Origin: an uncultured Bacilli bacterium
GTDB taxonomy: Bacteria; Bacillota_I; Bacilli_A; RF39; UBA660
Reading direction: 5' to 3'
Assembly (NCBI GenBank): GCA_944329255.1
Contig: CALVIA010000001.1
Coordinates: 1 to 34,963 of the forward strand
DNA: 34,963 bases
This document shows, piece after piece, positions 33,165 to 34,963 of the stretch. Every line of letters begins with the position of its first letter. Positions within the stretch are counted from its first letter, which is position 1. The notes under the pieces are model-generated. The model saw only the letters and a list, made by a program, of their open reading frames with translations. It searched no databases and was not told where the DNA came from. The translations under genes and the position numbers were made by a program.

Positions 33165-33707
33165 CTACACAGTCATTAACTCTTTTTCTTTAATACTTAA
33201 TTTACTATCCACATCTTTGTTATATTTTGTAATTAAATCCTGTACTTTTTCCATACCTCTTTTTTCTTCATCTTCAGGTAATTCTAATTTCTTAATATCA
33301 TTATTTGATTCTTGTCTTATATTTCTTAGTGCTATTTTAGCGTCTTCAGCAATACTTTTTACCTCTTTAACATACTCTTTTCTTCTTTCTTCTGTTAATT
33401 CAGGTATAACTAACATTACAACCTCCCCATTATTATTAGGAGTAAGTCCTATATTAGCTTCATATATTCCCTTTTCTATATCAGAAATACAAGATTTATC
33501 AAATGGTTTAATAACAAGTTGTCTTGCTTCAGGAACTGAAATTGTTGCAAGCTGAATTAAAGGAGTACTAACTCCATAATATTTAACCATAACATTATCT
33601 AATATTCTAGGATTAGCCCTTCCTGCTCTAACATTAGTAAATCTTTTTTCCATATTTTCTAATGCTTTAATCATTTTTTCTTCAGTATCTTTTATAATAT
33701 TTTCCAT
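33165..33707 (-). CDS. frr: Ribosome recycling factor
   Basis: 180 aa with canonical motifs: MEKRFTNVRAGRANPRILDNVMVKYYG, ISVPEARQLVIKPFD, LTEERRKEYVK and AKIALRNIR. Confidence 0.96.
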   Translation of the reverse strand: MENIIKDTEEKMIKALENMEKRFTNVRAGRANPRILDNVMVKYYGVSTPLIQLATISVPEARQLVIKPFDKSCISDIEKGIYEANIGLTPNNNGEVVMLVIPELTEERRKEYVKEVKSIAEDAKIALRNIRQESNNDIKKLELPEDEEKRGMEKVQDLITKYNKDVDSKLSIKEKELMTV

Positions 33708-33857
33708 AAATCCTCCATTTTATATATTAAGTATATCATTTATTTAATATTTTTTAAATATCTTTTTATAATAATTATATAAATAAAAGTTTATATATTT
33801 TGGCTTTATTTTCCTTTTATCAAAAAAATTTTTATATTATTTGGTTATGTATTAAAT

Positions 33858-33892
33858 TTAAAAAAGTATGATTAATTTAATCATACTTTTTT
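33858..33892 (-). terminator. Rho-independent terminator after the radical SAM gene
   Basis: AAAAAGTATGATTAA / TTAATCATACTTTTT is a long perfect palindromic stem flanked by A and T runs. It lies immediately after the TGA stop at 33892-33894. Confidence 0.65.
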
Positions 33893-34878
33893 CATGATAT
33901 TTGGTGCTTAGTTTTCCAATTTTCAAATTCTATTTTTTCTTTTTCTGTTTCAATTTCCTGATGATAATAATGTTTCGTAAATTCTCCACACGAACTACCT
34001 ATTTCTTTTCCAGGAGGAGAATATGTTTTAATTCTAAGATTTGGAACTTGTTTTAAGATTTCTTTTATCCATAAATCTTCATTATCACTTCTTTTTAAAT
34101 CATTAATTGGATTAAATCTTATAAATTTAATTGTAATATTATATTTCTTTAGCAATTTACATATTTTATTTAATTCATTTATACTATCATTGACATCTTT
34201 TATTAAAGTATAATGAATTTCAACAGGATCATTTGTTCTATGCAATTTAATATATTCATTCATTATTATATTGTTTGATTGTAATACATTTCTATAATTT
34301 CCTAAATATGATAATGCCTCATCAACTGTTACATTTGTACTTGGAATTAAATCAAATCTTTCTTTATCAAATGGAGTATGCATAGAAAAATGTATTTTTA
34401 ATGGAATATTTAGTTTATTTACTAATTCTGTAAGCTTTAAAATATTTTTATTGGGCATCATAGTTGCTAATGCATACCCTATACTTTCATATTGAAATCT
34501 ATCTCTGATTGATTTTTCCATTTTATAAATATCTAGAAGTAAATTTATATTTAATAATGGTTCTCCAACACCCATAAAAGATATAAGTAATTTTTTCTTG
34601 GATGTTCTCTTTTTTCCATTTACACTTAATGTTTGAATTAAACATTTTATAAAATCTTTTGAATTAATTGGAATCATAGCTTTGTTTAAACCTTTATTTG
34701 TTAAATGACACATTTTACATCCAAGATTACAAAAATGATGTGTTGGAACACATACAACATCAATATTTTTTTTATTATCAAGCAATGTCATTTCTATTAT
34801 TTTATTATTTCCTATATCAAATACAGTTTTTATAGAATTATCGGAAAAGTCTTTAAAAACTCCTAATTTTTTTATCAT
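33892..34878 (-). CDS. Radical SAM enzyme of the RlmN/Cfr type, lacking the usual N-terminal accessory domain
   Basis: CVPTHHFCNLGCKMC gives the CxxxCxxC cluster plus the upstream Cys equivalent to RlmN C118. Also present are FMGVGEPLLN, HFSMHTP...IP, IHYTLIKDVNDS, IKFIRFNP and a C-terminal GKEIGSSCGEF (compare DIDAACGQL). I prefer the ATG at 34878 (GGGGTG 6 nt upstream) over the track's GTG at 34887. Confidence 0.7.
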   Translation of the reverse strand: MIKKLGVFKDFSDNSIKTVFDIGNNKIIEMTLLDNKKNIDVVCVPTHHFCNLGCKMCHLTNKGLNKAMIPINSKDFIKCLIQTLSVNGKKRTSKKKLLISFMGVGEPLLNINLLLDIYKMEKSIRDRFQYESIGYALATMMPNKNILKLTELVNKLNIPLKIHFSMHTPFDKERFDLIPSTNVTVDEALSYLGNYRNVLQSNNIIMNEYIKLHRTNDPVEIHYTLIKDVNDSINELNKICKLLKKYNITIKFIRFNPINDLKRSDNEDLWIKEILKQVPNLRIKTYSPPGKEIGSSCGEFTKHYYHQEIETEKEKIEFENWKTKHQIS

Positions 34879-34963
34879 ATCAAACACCCCATTTGCTTTA
34901 AATATTTATTTTACATATAAAAAATTATCATTATAAAAGTTAGATTTTTTATTTAATTCATTT

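Noticed and set aside
1226-33555. Plus-strand ORFs of 61-134 aa in the supplied track: 1226-1501, 2047-2286, 4579-4866, 7084-7311, 7251-7466, 8503-8688, 8812-9018, 9345-9749, 12911-13171, 13168-13380, 13639-13848, 20891-21268, 21189-21467, 22405-22650, 25898-26167, 26228-26431, 28660-28881, 29524-29910 and 33217-33555. Also the minus-strand ORFs 10907-11137 and 11585-11830 inside the PASTA gene.
   Set aside because: All lie antisense within long, confidently coding genes. Their translations are low-complexity F/L/I/S/Y-rich strings, typical of the reverse frame of AT-rich coding DNA, and none has an RBS. They are best explained as chance ORFs.
33892-33894. Mycoplasma/Spiroplasma genetic code (TGA read as Trp), given the extreme AT richness.
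   Set aside because: TGA terminates the radical SAM ORF immediately before a strong terminator hairpin. It also terminates the 65-aa ORF at 32193-32195. Trp residues are encoded by TGG within conserved motifs, and all housekeeping ORFs are full length under the standard code.

Overview
The window is a very AT-rich, low-GC Firmicutes-type (Bacillota) chromosomal segment. It uses the standard genetic code, since TGA is a stop followed directly by a terminator. ComK, PASTA and GatCAB genes point to a Bacilli or Erysipelotrichia-like gut lineage, but I cannot place it more exactly without a search. All genes but one lie on the minus strand.

The housekeeping backbone is confidently recognisable. 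It comprises a partial ABC ATPase, pyruvate:ferredoxin oxidoreductase, tsf, rpsB, priA, gatCAB, comK, lemA with a DUF2207 gene, pheST behind a Phe T-box leader, frr, and an RlmN/Cfr-like radical SAM enzyme. I found no rRNA, tRNA, CRISPR array, integrase or transposase.

The main candidate for something new is at 18.7-27.5 kb. It is a single-promoter, translationally coupled array of five paralogous genes of 512-593 aa, plus one embedded 94-aa ORF.
- Each paralog has a strongly conserved N-terminal domain of about 290 aa that I cannot assign to any known family. All five copies share the invariant blocks DEYGTSVISIQFT, LSIKNRYNH and DATFSN.
- Each paralog ends in a divergent C-terminal tract of about 8-12 leucine-rich repeats of 22 residues.
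- None has a signal peptide, transmembrane segment, wall anchor or NTPase motif.
- This conserved-head, diversified-LRR-tail pattern looks like a multigene recognition family. Whether it serves immunity or host or partner interaction is unknown.

Secondary oddities:
- a membrane-anchored protein with about 15 two-cysteine repeats;
- an orphan six-PASTA membrane protein;
- an enlarged RelE/ParE-like plus HTH gene pair wedged between frr and the pheS leader;
- ribosomal protein S2 carrying a Rho_N-like C-terminal tail;
- a tail-anchored histone-H1-like basic protein;
- a monocistronic beta-solenoid-like gene next to the array.

All functional calls come from reading the translations and motifs by eye. 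No database search was possible.
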